Assembly (NCBI GenBank): GCA_023137595.1 | Contig: JAGLOZ010000029.1 | Location: 1-47,317, forward strand | Reading direction: 5' to 3' | Length of the DNA stretch: 47,317 nt | DNA from: Minisyncoccota bacterium | Lineage (GTDB): Bacteria > Patescibacteriota > Minisyncoccia > JAHIHE01 > JAGLIN01 | In this document: positions 25,074 through 33,581 of the stretch, piece by piece | How positions within the stretch are numbered: the stretch's first letter is position 1 | How the letters are laid out: the number at the start of each line of letters is the position of its first letter | Position numbers and translations under genes: made by a program | The notes under the pieces: generated by a model | Databases searched by the model: none | Seen by the model: only the letters and a program-made list of their open reading frames with translations | Told to the model about the DNA's origin: nothing

Positions 25074-27305
25074 TCATTTACATTCCTTGCTTGAACAAGT
25101 CACGCTGTCGTTTTTTGCGTAAACCATCAGGCTATCGCATTTTGAGCACTTTTCTCCAGTCGGTTTACTCCAGAGCGCATGTTTGCAGGACGGATATTGA
25201 TTACAGGCATAAAAAATTTTGCCTGCCTTTGATTTTTTTTCAACGATCTCTCCTTTGTCGCACTCTGGACATTGGACACCGGTAGATTTTACTATTGATT
25301 TTATATTTTTACAGTCAGGATAACCGGAACAGCCGAGAAATTTTCCATAACGGCCGATTTTAAATGTCATCGGCTTTCCGCATTTTTCGCAAACTTCATT
25401 GGTGGTTTCTGGTTCTTCTATTTCTCCCTTGTCATTCAGCTGTTTTGTGTTTTTGCAGTCTGGGTAATTACTGCAGGCCATAAATTTTCCAAATCTGCCA
25501 AGTTTGATAATCATCGGCGATTTACACTTTTCACATTTTTCGTTTGTTTTTTCTTCAGTAAGCTCTTTTTTGTCTATTTCTTTTTCTTTTTCCATTAAAT
25601 TTTTGTTAAACGGTTTATAAAAATCATTTAATATTATAACCCAGTCTTTTTTATTTTCTGCTACTTTATCCAAGTCTTCTTCCATTTTTGCGGTAAACTT
25701 AACATCTACAATTTTGGGAAAGTGTTCAACCAAAAGCTTATTTACTATAACGCCAATTTCTTGCGGATGAAGTCTTTTTTCAATTTTCTCAATGTAGCCT
25801 CTATCCTGAATCGTGCTAATGGTTGGAGCATAGGTTGAAGGTCGTCCAATTCCAAGTTCTTCAAGAACTTTAATTAAACTTGCTTCGTTAAATCTGGCAG
25901 GAGGTTGAGTAAAATGTTGTTCGCTTATAATTTTTATAAGGCCTAATTTTTCTTTTTCTGTCAGTTCTGGCAAGACGATTTCTTCTGATTTCATCGGATG
26001 TACCTTTAAAAATCCTTCAAATTTTATCGTTGAACCGTTCGCTCGTAATGTATATTTGTCGCCTGCGAGAATATCAATGCTGGTTGAATCTACAATAGCG
26101 CTTGCCATTTGAGATGCTACCATTCTTTGCCAAATCAGTTCATATAATTTGAATTGTTTGCTGTCTAAAAATTCTTTAATACTTTCCGCATCAAGTTCCG
26201 GGTTTGTCGGACGAATGGCTTCATGCGCTTCTTGCGCTCCTTTGCTTTTTGTTTTGAAAAATCTTCTTTCGGAATATTCTTTGCCAAATTTAGCTTTGAT
26301 ATATTTATCAGCCGATTCAAGAGAGCTTTTACTCAGGCTCAAAGAGTCGGTTCTCATATAGGTTATCAAACCGCTTGAACCTTTTTGACCGAGGCTAATT
26401 CCCTCATAAAGTTGCTGAGCGATCATCATCGTTTGTTTGGCGCTATAACCGAATTTATTGCTGGAAGCTTGTTGTAAAGTGCTGGTCGTAAAAGGCGGCA
26501 GGGGGTTTTTCTTAGTTTCCTTTTTGGTTATTTTTTCAATTTCATAATTTGCTTTTTCAAGATCTTGTTTGATTTTTTCTGCTTCATCTTGATTTTTTAC
26601 GCCAAGTTTTCCAATTGACTTGCTATCAACCTTAACTAGCCTTGCTTCGAAACTTTCTTGTGATTTATCTGTAATTTTTTTTAGTTCTGCTGTGATATTC
26701 CAATATTCCTCTGGTTTGAATTTATTAATTTCTTCCTCTTTCTCAACAATGAGACGAACTGCCACAGATTGAACTCGTCCCGCCGAAAGTCCGTAGCGGA
26801 TTTTTTTCCAGAGAAGAGGGGATAGTTTGTATCCGACAAGACGATCTAAAATTCTTCTGGCTTGTTGAGCGTCAACTAAATTCATATCTATATCACGGGG
26901 ATTTTTCAAAGCTTCTTTAATGGCTGATTTTGTGATTTCATGAAAAACTATTCTTTTGTATTTTTTTTCTGATTTTCCATTTCCGAATCCTTTCAAATTT
27001 AATAATTGAGCCAAATGCCATGAAATTGCTTCCCCTTCACGGTCTTCATCAGACGCCAGGATAATTTCATCACATTCTTTCGCCTGTTTTTTCAGTTCCG
27101 TAGCCTGTTTTTTGCTTTTTGGGTTGATAACATATTCCGGCTCAAAATCATTTTCCGTATCAACCCCCAACTTACTTTTTGGCAGATCGCGAAGATGTCC
27201 AAAAGAAGATTTGACAATATATTCTTTTCCTAAAAATTTGGAAATAGTTTTCGCTTTTGTGGGAGATTCTACGATGATTAGTTTTTTGGTTTTTAGGGTT
27301 GACAT
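25074..27305 (-). CDS. topA: DNA topoisomerase I
   Basis: 743 aa with a TOPRIM domain (LIIVESPTKAKTISKFLG, SDEDREGEAISWH), the catalytic region YMRTDS, and four C-terminal CxxC...CxxC zinc-ribbon repeats. Confidence 0.95.
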   Translation of the reverse strand: MSTLKTKKLIIVESPTKAKTISKFLGKEYIVKSSFGHLRDLPKSKLGVDTENDFEPEYVINPKSKKQATELKKQAKECDEIILASDEDREGEAISWHLAQLLNLKGFGNGKSEKKYKRIVFHEITKSAIKEALKNPRDIDMNLVDAQQARRILDRLVGYKLSPLLWKKIRYGLSAGRVQSVAVRLIVEKEEEINKFKPEEYWNITAELKKITDKSQESFEARLVKVDSKSIGKLGVKNQDEAEKIKQDLEKANYEIEKITKKETKKNPLPPFTTSTLQQASSNKFGYSAKQTMMIAQQLYEGISLGQKGSSGLITYMRTDSLSLSKSSLESADKYIKAKFGKEYSERRFFKTKSKGAQEAHEAIRPTNPELDAESIKEFLDSKQFKLYELIWQRMVASQMASAIVDSTSIDILAGDKYTLRANGSTIKFEGFLKVHPMKSEEIVLPELTEKEKLGLIKIISEQHFTQPPARFNEASLIKVLEELGIGRPSTYAPTISTIQDRGYIEKIEKRLHPQEIGVIVNKLLVEHFPKIVDVKFTAKMEEDLDKVAENKKDWVIILNDFYKPFNKNLMEKEKEIDKKELTEEKTNEKCEKCKSPMIIKLGRFGKFMACSNYPDCKNTKQLNDKGEIEEPETTNEVCEKCGKPMTFKIGRYGKFLGCSGYPDCKNIKSIVKSTGVQCPECDKGEIVEKKSKAGKIFYACNQYPSCKHALWSKPTGEKCSKCDSLMVYAKNDSVTCSSKECK

Positions 27306-27400
27306 ATTTTTAATTTTGGATATTATTACAGCAAATAGAAGATTAGTTGACTTGCTTTTTTATAAAACATTAAGCAGGCTCTAACTGGAGGTAGTAAACA

Positions 27401-27805
27401 ATGAGTAAATTATCAGTTGTCGTATTACTGTTATTGGCTGTGACAGTAGGAGGGTGCGTAGAAGAAGAGCCTATTGTATATGATATGAACGATGAACTAC
27501 AAGATTTGTTTGAAAAAGCGATAAAGGAGAACGCTAATACAAGTTCAAATCTTTTTGAAACGAAAAATAAGGTCATCGGTTACAACAATTTTTTTGTTGT
27601 TGGAGTAATAGAGAAAGATGGAGTAAAATGTTTAGAAGAGGAAGCTTTTTCTTCAGAGCCTGTTTATTCCATCACTTTCGTTGATGGAAAGGTTTGGATG
27701 GTTAACAACGAACCATTTAAATATGATACAAATTCTCCAACTGGATTATATATTTATAAGAGTGTTGTATTTGAAACTTTTAAAATAAAGAAAATTATCA
27801 CATAG
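27401..27805 (+). CDS. putative lipoprotein
   Basis: 134 aa. GGAGG lies 8 nt upstream of the ATG. The signal peptide has a lipobox-like LAVTVGGC. Confidence 0.55.
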   Translation: MSKLSVVVLLLLAVTVGGCVEEEPIVYDMNDELQDLFEKAIKENANTSSNLFETKNKVIGYNNFFVVGVIEKDGVKCLEEEAFSSEPVYSITFVDGKVWMVNNEPFKYDTNSPTGLYIYKSVVFETFKIKKIIT

Positions 27806-27900
27806 ATGGGGCTTTCGAATAAGTCTCTTTTTTTTATCTCATTAAATTTTAAGTCAAGATCTAAACTGATTAAAATTAAAACTTTTTACTTTATAAGTTT

Positions 27901-28998
27901 TCAGCTTTCTTTTATATATTTCATCCCGCCAACGTTTTTGACTTTACCTTTTATCTCCATAAGTGTCAATAAACTGGAAATGGCTGTTACATTCATTTTA
28001 ATGATTTTTGCGAGTTGGTCAATGTGAATTGGTTCGTCAGGATGTAAATTTTTCAAAATCAGCGCTTCCTCTTTATTGTCAGGGATTATTTCTCGTGCTT
28101 TTTTTATTTCTATTGCAGATTCAAGGTTAAGTTCTTCTAGAATGTCTTCTGCTTTTGTAACAAGTTTTGCTCCAAGCCTGATAAGATTATTAGAGCCTTT
28201 GGAGGTTGGGGAATATATGCTTCCTGGAATAGCGAACACTTCTCTGTTTTGTTCAAGCGCGAATTTAGCGATAATCAGCGAACCTGAAGATTCTGCTGCT
28301 TCAATAACTAAAATTCCTAAAGACAGGCCGCTAATAATTCTGTTGCGGGCAGGAAAGTGTTGCTTGAGAGGGGGAGTGCCAACTGGATATTCACTGACAA
28401 TTGCTCCTCCACTTGAAATTATTTCTTCGGCAATTTGATAATGGCTTGACGGGTAAATGCTATTTGTATCAATTCCGCCTCCCAAAATCGCAATAGTTTT
28501 GTTTTTCAATTTCAAGCACTCTCTGTGTGCAATGCCATCAATGCCAAGCGCCATTCCGCTTACAATTAACAATCCTGCTTGCGACAGTTCTCTTGCTAGC
28601 TGAGAAGTAACTTGTCTTCCATAGGTAGAAACTTTTCTTGAGCCAACAATGGCGATTGCAACCACCTCCTTTTTTATTTCTCCCTTATAATACAACAAAG
28701 CCGGAGCAGTGTGAATTTCTCCCAGAAGCTCTGGATATAATCCGTCGTTCGTTGTTACTATTTTTATGCCTTCTTTTTCAAGTTTCTCAAATTCTTTTTC
28801 AGGAGAAATTTCTTTTTTAAACTGAATGATTTTTCCTATTACATTTTTTTCCAATCCTGCTTTCTCGTATTCCCCTAAACCTGCATTCCACGCATTTTCC
28901 ATTGTATCAAAATAGATTTGCAGTTTTTTGAAGCGTAACGGTCCCATTTGAGGGATGAGATTGAAAGCGTTGTAAAATTTATGGTCAGGGGTTGACAT
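27901..28998 (-). CDS. dprA: DNA processing protein DprA (Smf)
   Basis: 365 aa with VGSRKVSTYG, GMALGIDGIAHRE, PARNRIISGLS and a C-terminal winged-helix-like tail. Confidence 0.9.
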   Translation of the reverse strand: MSTPDHKFYNAFNLIPQMGPLRFKKLQIYFDTMENAWNAGLGEYEKAGLEKNVIGKIIQFKKEISPEKEFEKLEKEGIKIVTTNDGLYPELLGEIHTAPALLYYKGEIKKEVVAIAIVGSRKVSTYGRQVTSQLARELSQAGLLIVSGMALGIDGIAHRECLKLKNKTIAILGGGIDTNSIYPSSHYQIAEEIISSGGAIVSEYPVGTPPLKQHFPARNRIISGLSLGILVIEAAESSGSLIIAKFALEQNREVFAIPGSIYSPTSKGSNNLIRLGAKLVTKAEDILEELNLESAIEIKKAREIIPDNKEEALILKNLHPDEPIHIDQLAKIIKMNVTAISSLLTLMEIKGKVKNVGGMKYIKES

Positions 28999-29179
28999 AT
29001 TTTTAAAAGTATGATAAAATGTCTTGTTGAGTGAAAAATGGCGGAATTAATGGTAAATATCGGATATTATTCCGGGGTGAGATCTTTAGCCTGAGAATAA
29101 GGCTAGTTGGCTTAGTTTTAAATTTGGGCCAAAGCTCTTGCTTCAACTTTTTACTTTACAAGCTTTATAAGTTTTTAAC

Positions 29180-29315
29180 TTACTGTCCACTATCCTGTTT
29201 ATGAGCGGTGAAAATATAACAACCCCTCCTTAGTTGTATGATTAGCCTTAAAGTCATGGTCTATTTTTCTCGTAAAGCTAGATCCTGCGCTTGTAAACAG
29301 GATAGTGGTCGGTAA
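29180..29315. ncRNA. candidate structured RNA or MITE-like element with a long closing stem
   Basis: CCACTATCCTGTTTA (29187-29201) and TAAACAGGATAGTGG (29294-29308) are perfect complements. Pairing extends to about 28 bp (29180-29207 with 29288-29315). An internal hairpin ACAAC-CCCTCCTTA-GTTGT (29219-29237) exposes a CCUCC loop on the plus strand. Confidence 0.35.
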
Positions 29316-29456
29316 ATAATAATAATCTCCAATTCTCAATTATATAATTGTTAAATTGATTAAGATAATTTTTATAAGAAGAAAATCGGATATTAAATTT
29401 TAGTATTTGATTTTTTTGTTATAAGGAAATTATAAAAAATAAAGGAGGCTATTTGA

Positions 29457-29789
29457 ATGGCAGAAGACAGGGAATTAACGCATTATGAAAAGATGCTTTT
29501 AGGTGAAATAGAGAATGAAATGAAAAAACTTTCAAAAGATCTTGAAGTTAAAATAAAAGAGAAATTGGAAGTTGGAAGCAAAGAAGCAAAGGAAATTGTG
29601 TCTAACTTATTAGAAGATTCACGGATGATTGTGAATGATCCTCATGAGCTATTGTCAATTCTAAACGGAGAAAGAGGAGTGGAGAAGGTTCGTGATTTAC
29701 TTCAAAAACATGTAATTCTTGATAATATTAATTTTGCTTTTAAGACTGTTGAACCAGTGAAGCAACAATTTAACAATACAACAATCTAA
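29457..29789 (+). CDS. hypothetical protein
   Basis: 110 aa. A strong AAGGAGG lies 8 nt upstream of the ATG. The 3' end overlaps the pth 3' end by 20 nt. Confidence 0.55.
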   Translation: MAEDRELTHYEKMLLGEIENEMKKLSKDLEVKIKEKLEVGSKEAKEIVSNLLEDSRMIVNDPHELLSILNGERGVEKVRDLLQKHVILDNINFAFKTVEPVKQQFNNTTI

Positions 29790-30303
29790 CAATTTCATTC
29801 TCAATCTCTTCAATCACTTCCTCAATAATCTCCATCTCATCTTTACCAAACCCCTCTAGCACAAACTTTTCAGTTGGTGTTTTTTTGTTTTTGGTCATTA
29901 TTCCGATTCTGATTCTTGTAAAATCTTTTGTTCCGAGACAGTCAATAATTGACTGGACTCCTTTGTGTCCGCCGGAATTTCTATTTTTCGAAATTTTATA
30001 TTCTCCAAGCGGAATATCAAGATCGTCGTGAATGACAATTATATCTCTCGGGTCAATTTTGTAATAATCTAAAACAGCGCGAACCGCTTGTCCGGAACTA
30101 TTCATAAAAGTCAAAGGTTTGACTAATATAACTTTTTCATTATCTATTGCATCTTGCGAAATTTCAGCGTTGAATTTGGAATTGAAACCGGAAACCGGAA
30201 ACTGAAAATTATTCGCTATTTTATTTACGACTAAAAAGCCGGTGTTGTGTCGGGTTTTTTCATATTTTTTTCCTGGATTTCCAAGACCAATAATCAGTTT
30301 CAT
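29770..30303 (-). CDS. pth: peptidyl-tRNA hydrolase
   Basis: 177 aa with LIIGLGNPGKKYEKTRHNTGF, IHDDLD and GGHKGV. Confidence 0.92.
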   Translation of the reverse strand: MKLIIGLGNPGKKYEKTRHNTGFLVVNKIANNFQFPVSGFNSKFNAEISQDAIDNEKVILVKPLTFMNSSGQAVRAVLDYYKIDPRDIIVIHDDLDIPLGEYKISKNRNSGGHKGVQSIIDCLGTKDFTRIRIGIMTKNKKTPTEKFVLEGFGKDEMEIIEEVIEEIENEIVRLLYC

Positions 30304-30326
30304 TTGAGTGGATTATAAATATAAAT

Positions 30327-30465
30327 GTCATTGCGAGGAGCCTGAGAGAGCGTAGCGAACGAGATGGCGACGAAGCAATCCCGTGACTATGTTCACTGTG
30401 TGTAGTTACGGGATTGCTTCGTCGGCTTTTCTCTCACTTCGTTCGTTCAGCCTTCTCGCAATAAC
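30327..30465. repeat. 139-nt palindromic intergenic element (GTCATTGCGA-type termini)
   Basis: The 58-nt arms at 30327-30384 and 30408-30465 are complementary at 45 of 58 positions, including 15 consecutive at the inner end (ACGAAGCAATCCCGT). The loop is 23 nt. Confidence 0.85.
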
Positions 30466-30474
30466 AATGAGATC

Positions 30475-31803
30475 TCAAAATCCTCTTCCTAACACAATCA
30501 CAAAGTCTGCTTTACTGGAATTATTTTCTGATACTTCTATTATAACAGCATTAAACTTTTCTTTCAAAAATTCCAGCGTTTCCGGCTTCTGCTCTTTTGA
30601 ATTATCATAAATTTGAACGCCGGAAAAGTCCGGCAGATCTATGTTGGTAGAATTTGTAATTCTATAACCTAATTCTTCTAAATCTTGCGCTACCTTATTT
30701 GCAAGATCCAGCGCGCCTGTGCCGTTTTTGATTTCAATATCGGCGCCTTCTTCTTGGATAAGTTCTATTCTCTCTTGTGAAATTTCAATGTCAAATATAT
30801 TTTCGCTTAAATTTTTTATTTGGTCGTAACTGTCATCTTTTGCTTGTAAAGTGTATCCCATTCCTATGTGAGTGCGGTTCAAATATGTCTTTGTGTCTAT
30901 GGTTTTTGCGGTAATTCTATGATTCTTTGTTTCCTTTGCAATTTTGTAAAATCGAGGAAGCTCTTTCAACTGAATATCTGTTTTCATATTACCGCTTAAA
31001 GAATTCAATATATTCTTGAAAGTTATAACGTCAAATTTTGTGTATTTTTCAAACATTTTTTGTTTTGTGGATTTAATTATGGCTTGTTGTCTTTGAATGC
31101 GGTCAAAATCTCCCATTTTACTATGTCTTGAACGGGCGACTTTCAATGCAGTTGCGCCGTCCAAATGATGCCAACCTTTCGAAATGTAAAAAGGGTCATA
31201 TCCGCGGTTAAAATTTGGGTATGTTGGATCATTTATGTCAGTTTCTAAATAAACATCTATGCCGCCCAAGTCATCAATAATTTTTGTAAATCCTTGAAAG
31301 TCTAATTGTACATAGTAATGGATATCAAGACCGGAAATCTCATTCGCCACTTTTTTTATCAGGTCAATCCCGTTTTTTTTCGCGCTTTTATCTCCAAAAA
31401 CTTTGATCGCGTTGATTTTGGTGTTTATATTGGTTTCTGGTATTTGAACATACATATCTCTCGGAAATGAAAGAAGGGCGGCTTCTTTTTCTTGTGGTTT
31501 AATGCTGGCAATCATAATCGTGTCTGTAAGTTCGCCCCCGCTATGGCCTTCTCCTCCAGTTCCTAAAAACAGAATATTAATTCTATTATTTTCTTCTCCT
31601 CTCAGCTCTTTTGTCGGATTAAAGACTAATTCTCTAAATTGCTTGATTATTGAGCTTTGCTCTTGACCAGCCGAAAATATTTTTTGACCAGCCGAAAATA
31701 TTTCATAAGAAAAAGCTGCGACAAAAATTGCCAAGATTAGAAATGCAAACGCAAATAATTTTAAAATTAACTTAAACATCGTTATATTTTTATATCGTTG
31801 CAT
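30475..31803 (-). CDS. LytR-CpsA-Psr (LCP) family cell-envelope phosphotransferase
   Basis: 442 aa with an N-terminal TM helix, an LCP domain (INILFLGTGGEGHSGGELTDTIMIASI, SFPRD, RSRH) and a C-terminal LytR_C-like domain. Confidence 0.85.
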   Translation of the reverse strand: MQRYKNITMFKLILKLFAFAFLILAIFVAAFSYEIFSAGQKIFSAGQEQSSIIKQFRELVFNPTKELRGEENNRINILFLGTGGEGHSGGELTDTIMIASIKPQEKEAALLSFPRDMYVQIPETNINTKINAIKVFGDKSAKKNGIDLIKKVANEISGLDIHYYVQLDFQGFTKIIDDLGGIDVYLETDINDPTYPNFNRGYDPFYISKGWHHLDGATALKVARSRHSKMGDFDRIQRQQAIIKSTKQKMFEKYTKFDVITFKNILNSLSGNMKTDIQLKELPRFYKIAKETKNHRITAKTIDTKTYLNRTHIGMGYTLQAKDDSYDQIKNLSENIFDIEISQERIELIQEEGADIEIKNGTGALDLANKVAQDLEELGYRITNSTNIDLPDFSGVQIYDNSKEQKPETLEFLKEKFNAVIIEVSENNSSKADFVIVLGRGF

Positions 31804-32017
31804 TGTTTAAACACATCCTGTATATAAATTCTAATTTTATTTTATAATAAACAGGCAGCATTGTCTAATCAAAATCATATAATCAAAATCATATAAACAC
31901 TTAAACAAGGTTTTATCAATTTTTTTAGAGTTGATGTTGGCAATTATAGTAAATTAGATATTAAAATGATTTAATCTCAAAGCTATTGCAATTAAAATAT
32001 TTTTAAATGATCTGCCA

Positions 32018-32046
32018 TTGACTTGTGATTGAAAAACATGTATTAT
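32018..32046 (+). promoter_or_regulatory. sigma70-type promoter upstream of lepB
   Basis: TTGACT 32018-32023, 17-nt spacer, TATTAT 32041-32046. It lies 51 nt upstream of the ATG. Confidence 0.5.
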
Positions 32047-32097
32047 TAGGTTGTAGTTTTGGGGATAAAAAAATAATTTAAACAATTTTAAAAATAA

Positions 32098-32709
32098 ATG
32101 ACAGAATTAGACAACAAACTAAAGAACAACAAAGAAATTAAGAGTGAATCATCTTTTTCAGAATTAAAAGATTTTTCTTTCGAGACAATAAAAGTGATAA
32201 TTATAAGCCTGATTATCATTATCGGAATCAGGTCTTTTGTTATGCAGCCGTTTTTTGTTAGTGGGAAAAGTATGGAACCTAATTTTCATAACGGTGATTA
32301 TCTGATAGTAGATGAAATTAGTTATAGGTTTGGCGAGCCAAAGCGCGGTGATGTAATTATTTTTCACTACCCAAACGATCCAAGAGAGTTTTATATAAAA
32401 AGAATAATTGCTCTTCCGGGAGAAAAAGTAGAAATTGCGGATAATGGAATAACTATATATAACACTGAAAATATAAGCGGTTTTAAGCTTGATGAGATAT
32501 ATATTCCATCCGAAACACAAACAACTGGAAATTATGTTAAAGAATTAAAGAACGATGAATATTATGTTTTGGGAGACAATAGAACGGCTAGCGCAGATTC
32601 TCGTGTTTGGGGAGTTCTTGAAGAGCATTTTATCGTAGGTCGCGCTTGGATCAGAGCATGGCCATTTAGAGATTTTTCTGTGTTTGAGGAGATGAATTAT
32701 GAATTATAA
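32098..32709 (+). CDS. lepB: signal peptidase I
   Basis: 203 aa with GKSMEPNF (catalytic Ser), YIKRIIALPGE (catalytic Lys box) and GDNRTASADSR. Confidence 0.9.
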   Translation: MTELDNKLKNNKEIKSESSFSELKDFSFETIKVIIISLIIIIGIRSFVMQPFFVSGKSMEPNFHNGDYLIVDEISYRFGEPKRGDVIIFHYPNDPREFYIKRIIALPGEKVEIADNGITIYNTENISGFKLDEIYIPSETQTTGNYVKELKNDEYYVLGDNRTASADSRVWGVLEEHFIVGRAWIRAWPFRDFSVFEEMNYEL

Positions 32710-32820
32710 ATTGGAGATAAGAACAGATTCTTGTAAGCAAGTAAAAGTGAAAAAACTTTAAGTAGGATTAAATTGTGTATGTGTCTATAAAGGTTTATTT
32801 CTTATTTTAAATTCAAATCT

Positions 32821-33354
32821 ATGAAAATAGTTGCTATCTGTGGAAGTCCTCGAAGAGGAAATACCGAGTTTGTTTTAAAAAGAATTTTAACTAAAGCTGA
32901 AGAATTAGGAGCAAGAACAGAGCTTGTTTTATTACGGGAAAAAAGAATTGAATTTTGCAATGGGTGCTTGAGTTGCGAAAATGATTTTAAGTGTTCTATA
33001 AGAGATGATATGCAGATTATATATCCAAGCCTAGAAGGAAGTGATTTAATAATTTTTGGATCTCCTACTTACTTTGATTGTATAAGCGGTTTGATGAAGA
33101 ATTTTATTGATCGGTTAAATCCAATAACAAGCAAGAAAGGCTTGGAAAATAAAAAATTTTCTTTTATGACAGTTGGACAAGCGAATATAGCGTCTCTCAA
33201 TAAAACAATTAAATATATTGAGAATTTTGCCGATCTAACAAAAATGTTATTTATTGGAGATTTGAGTTTGATTGCGAAAAATCCTCAAGATATTGAAAAC
33301 AATCCCGAAAGCATACAGAAAATAGATGAATTTACAAAAGGATTGATTGGTTAA
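32821..33354 (+). CDS. flavodoxin-fold NAD(P)H-dependent FMN reductase / iron-sulfur flavoprotein-like protein
   Basis: 177 aa with MKIVAICGSPRRGNTE, a cysteine cluster (CNGCLSCE) and GSPTYF. Confidence 0.65.
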   Translation: MKIVAICGSPRRGNTEFVLKRILTKAEELGARTELVLLREKRIEFCNGCLSCENDFKCSIRDDMQIIYPSLEGSDLIIFGSPTYFDCISGLMKNFIDRLNPITSKKGLENKKFSFMTVGQANIASLNKTIKYIENFADLTKMLFIGDLSLIAKNPQDIENNPESIQKIDEFTKGLIG

Positions 33355-33383
33355 TTATTTTCGAGACAATAGTATTGTTGGTT

Positions 33384-33507
33384 GTAATTGCGAACGATTA
33401 GAGAGAGCGTGACAATCTCTGAATTAATATTATCTGACTTAATATTATAAATTAATGCGTATAAATTTGGTGTTGCCGTGTTGCTCTGATGAGCTCCTCG
33501 CAATGAT
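33384..33507. repeat. palindromic intergenic element related to 30327-30465
   Basis: The left end is GTAATTGCGAACGATTAGAGAGAGCGT. The right end CCTCGCAATGAT is the reverse complement of ATCATTGCGAGG. It shares ATTGCGA and GAGAGAGCGT with the 30327 element. Confidence 0.6.
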
Positions 33508-33581
33508 ATCTTGCAATAATTAAGAATTAAAATATAAATAAAATTCATAATTCCAAATTCATAATTCATAATTCAATAATT

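Noticed and set aside
30383-30610. 75-aa plus-strand ORF.
   Set aside because: It begins in the loop and right arm of the 139-nt palindromic element and continues antisense into the LCP gene. This is a typical repeat-generated artefact.
33351-33569. 72-aa minus-strand ORF. The 73-aa ORF at 35312-35533 is a similar case.
   Set aside because: Both lie entirely in spacer made of palindromic or word repeats (for example the SLRGAHQSNTA-type translation of the GTCATTGCGAGG element). They have no RBS and no homolog-like features.
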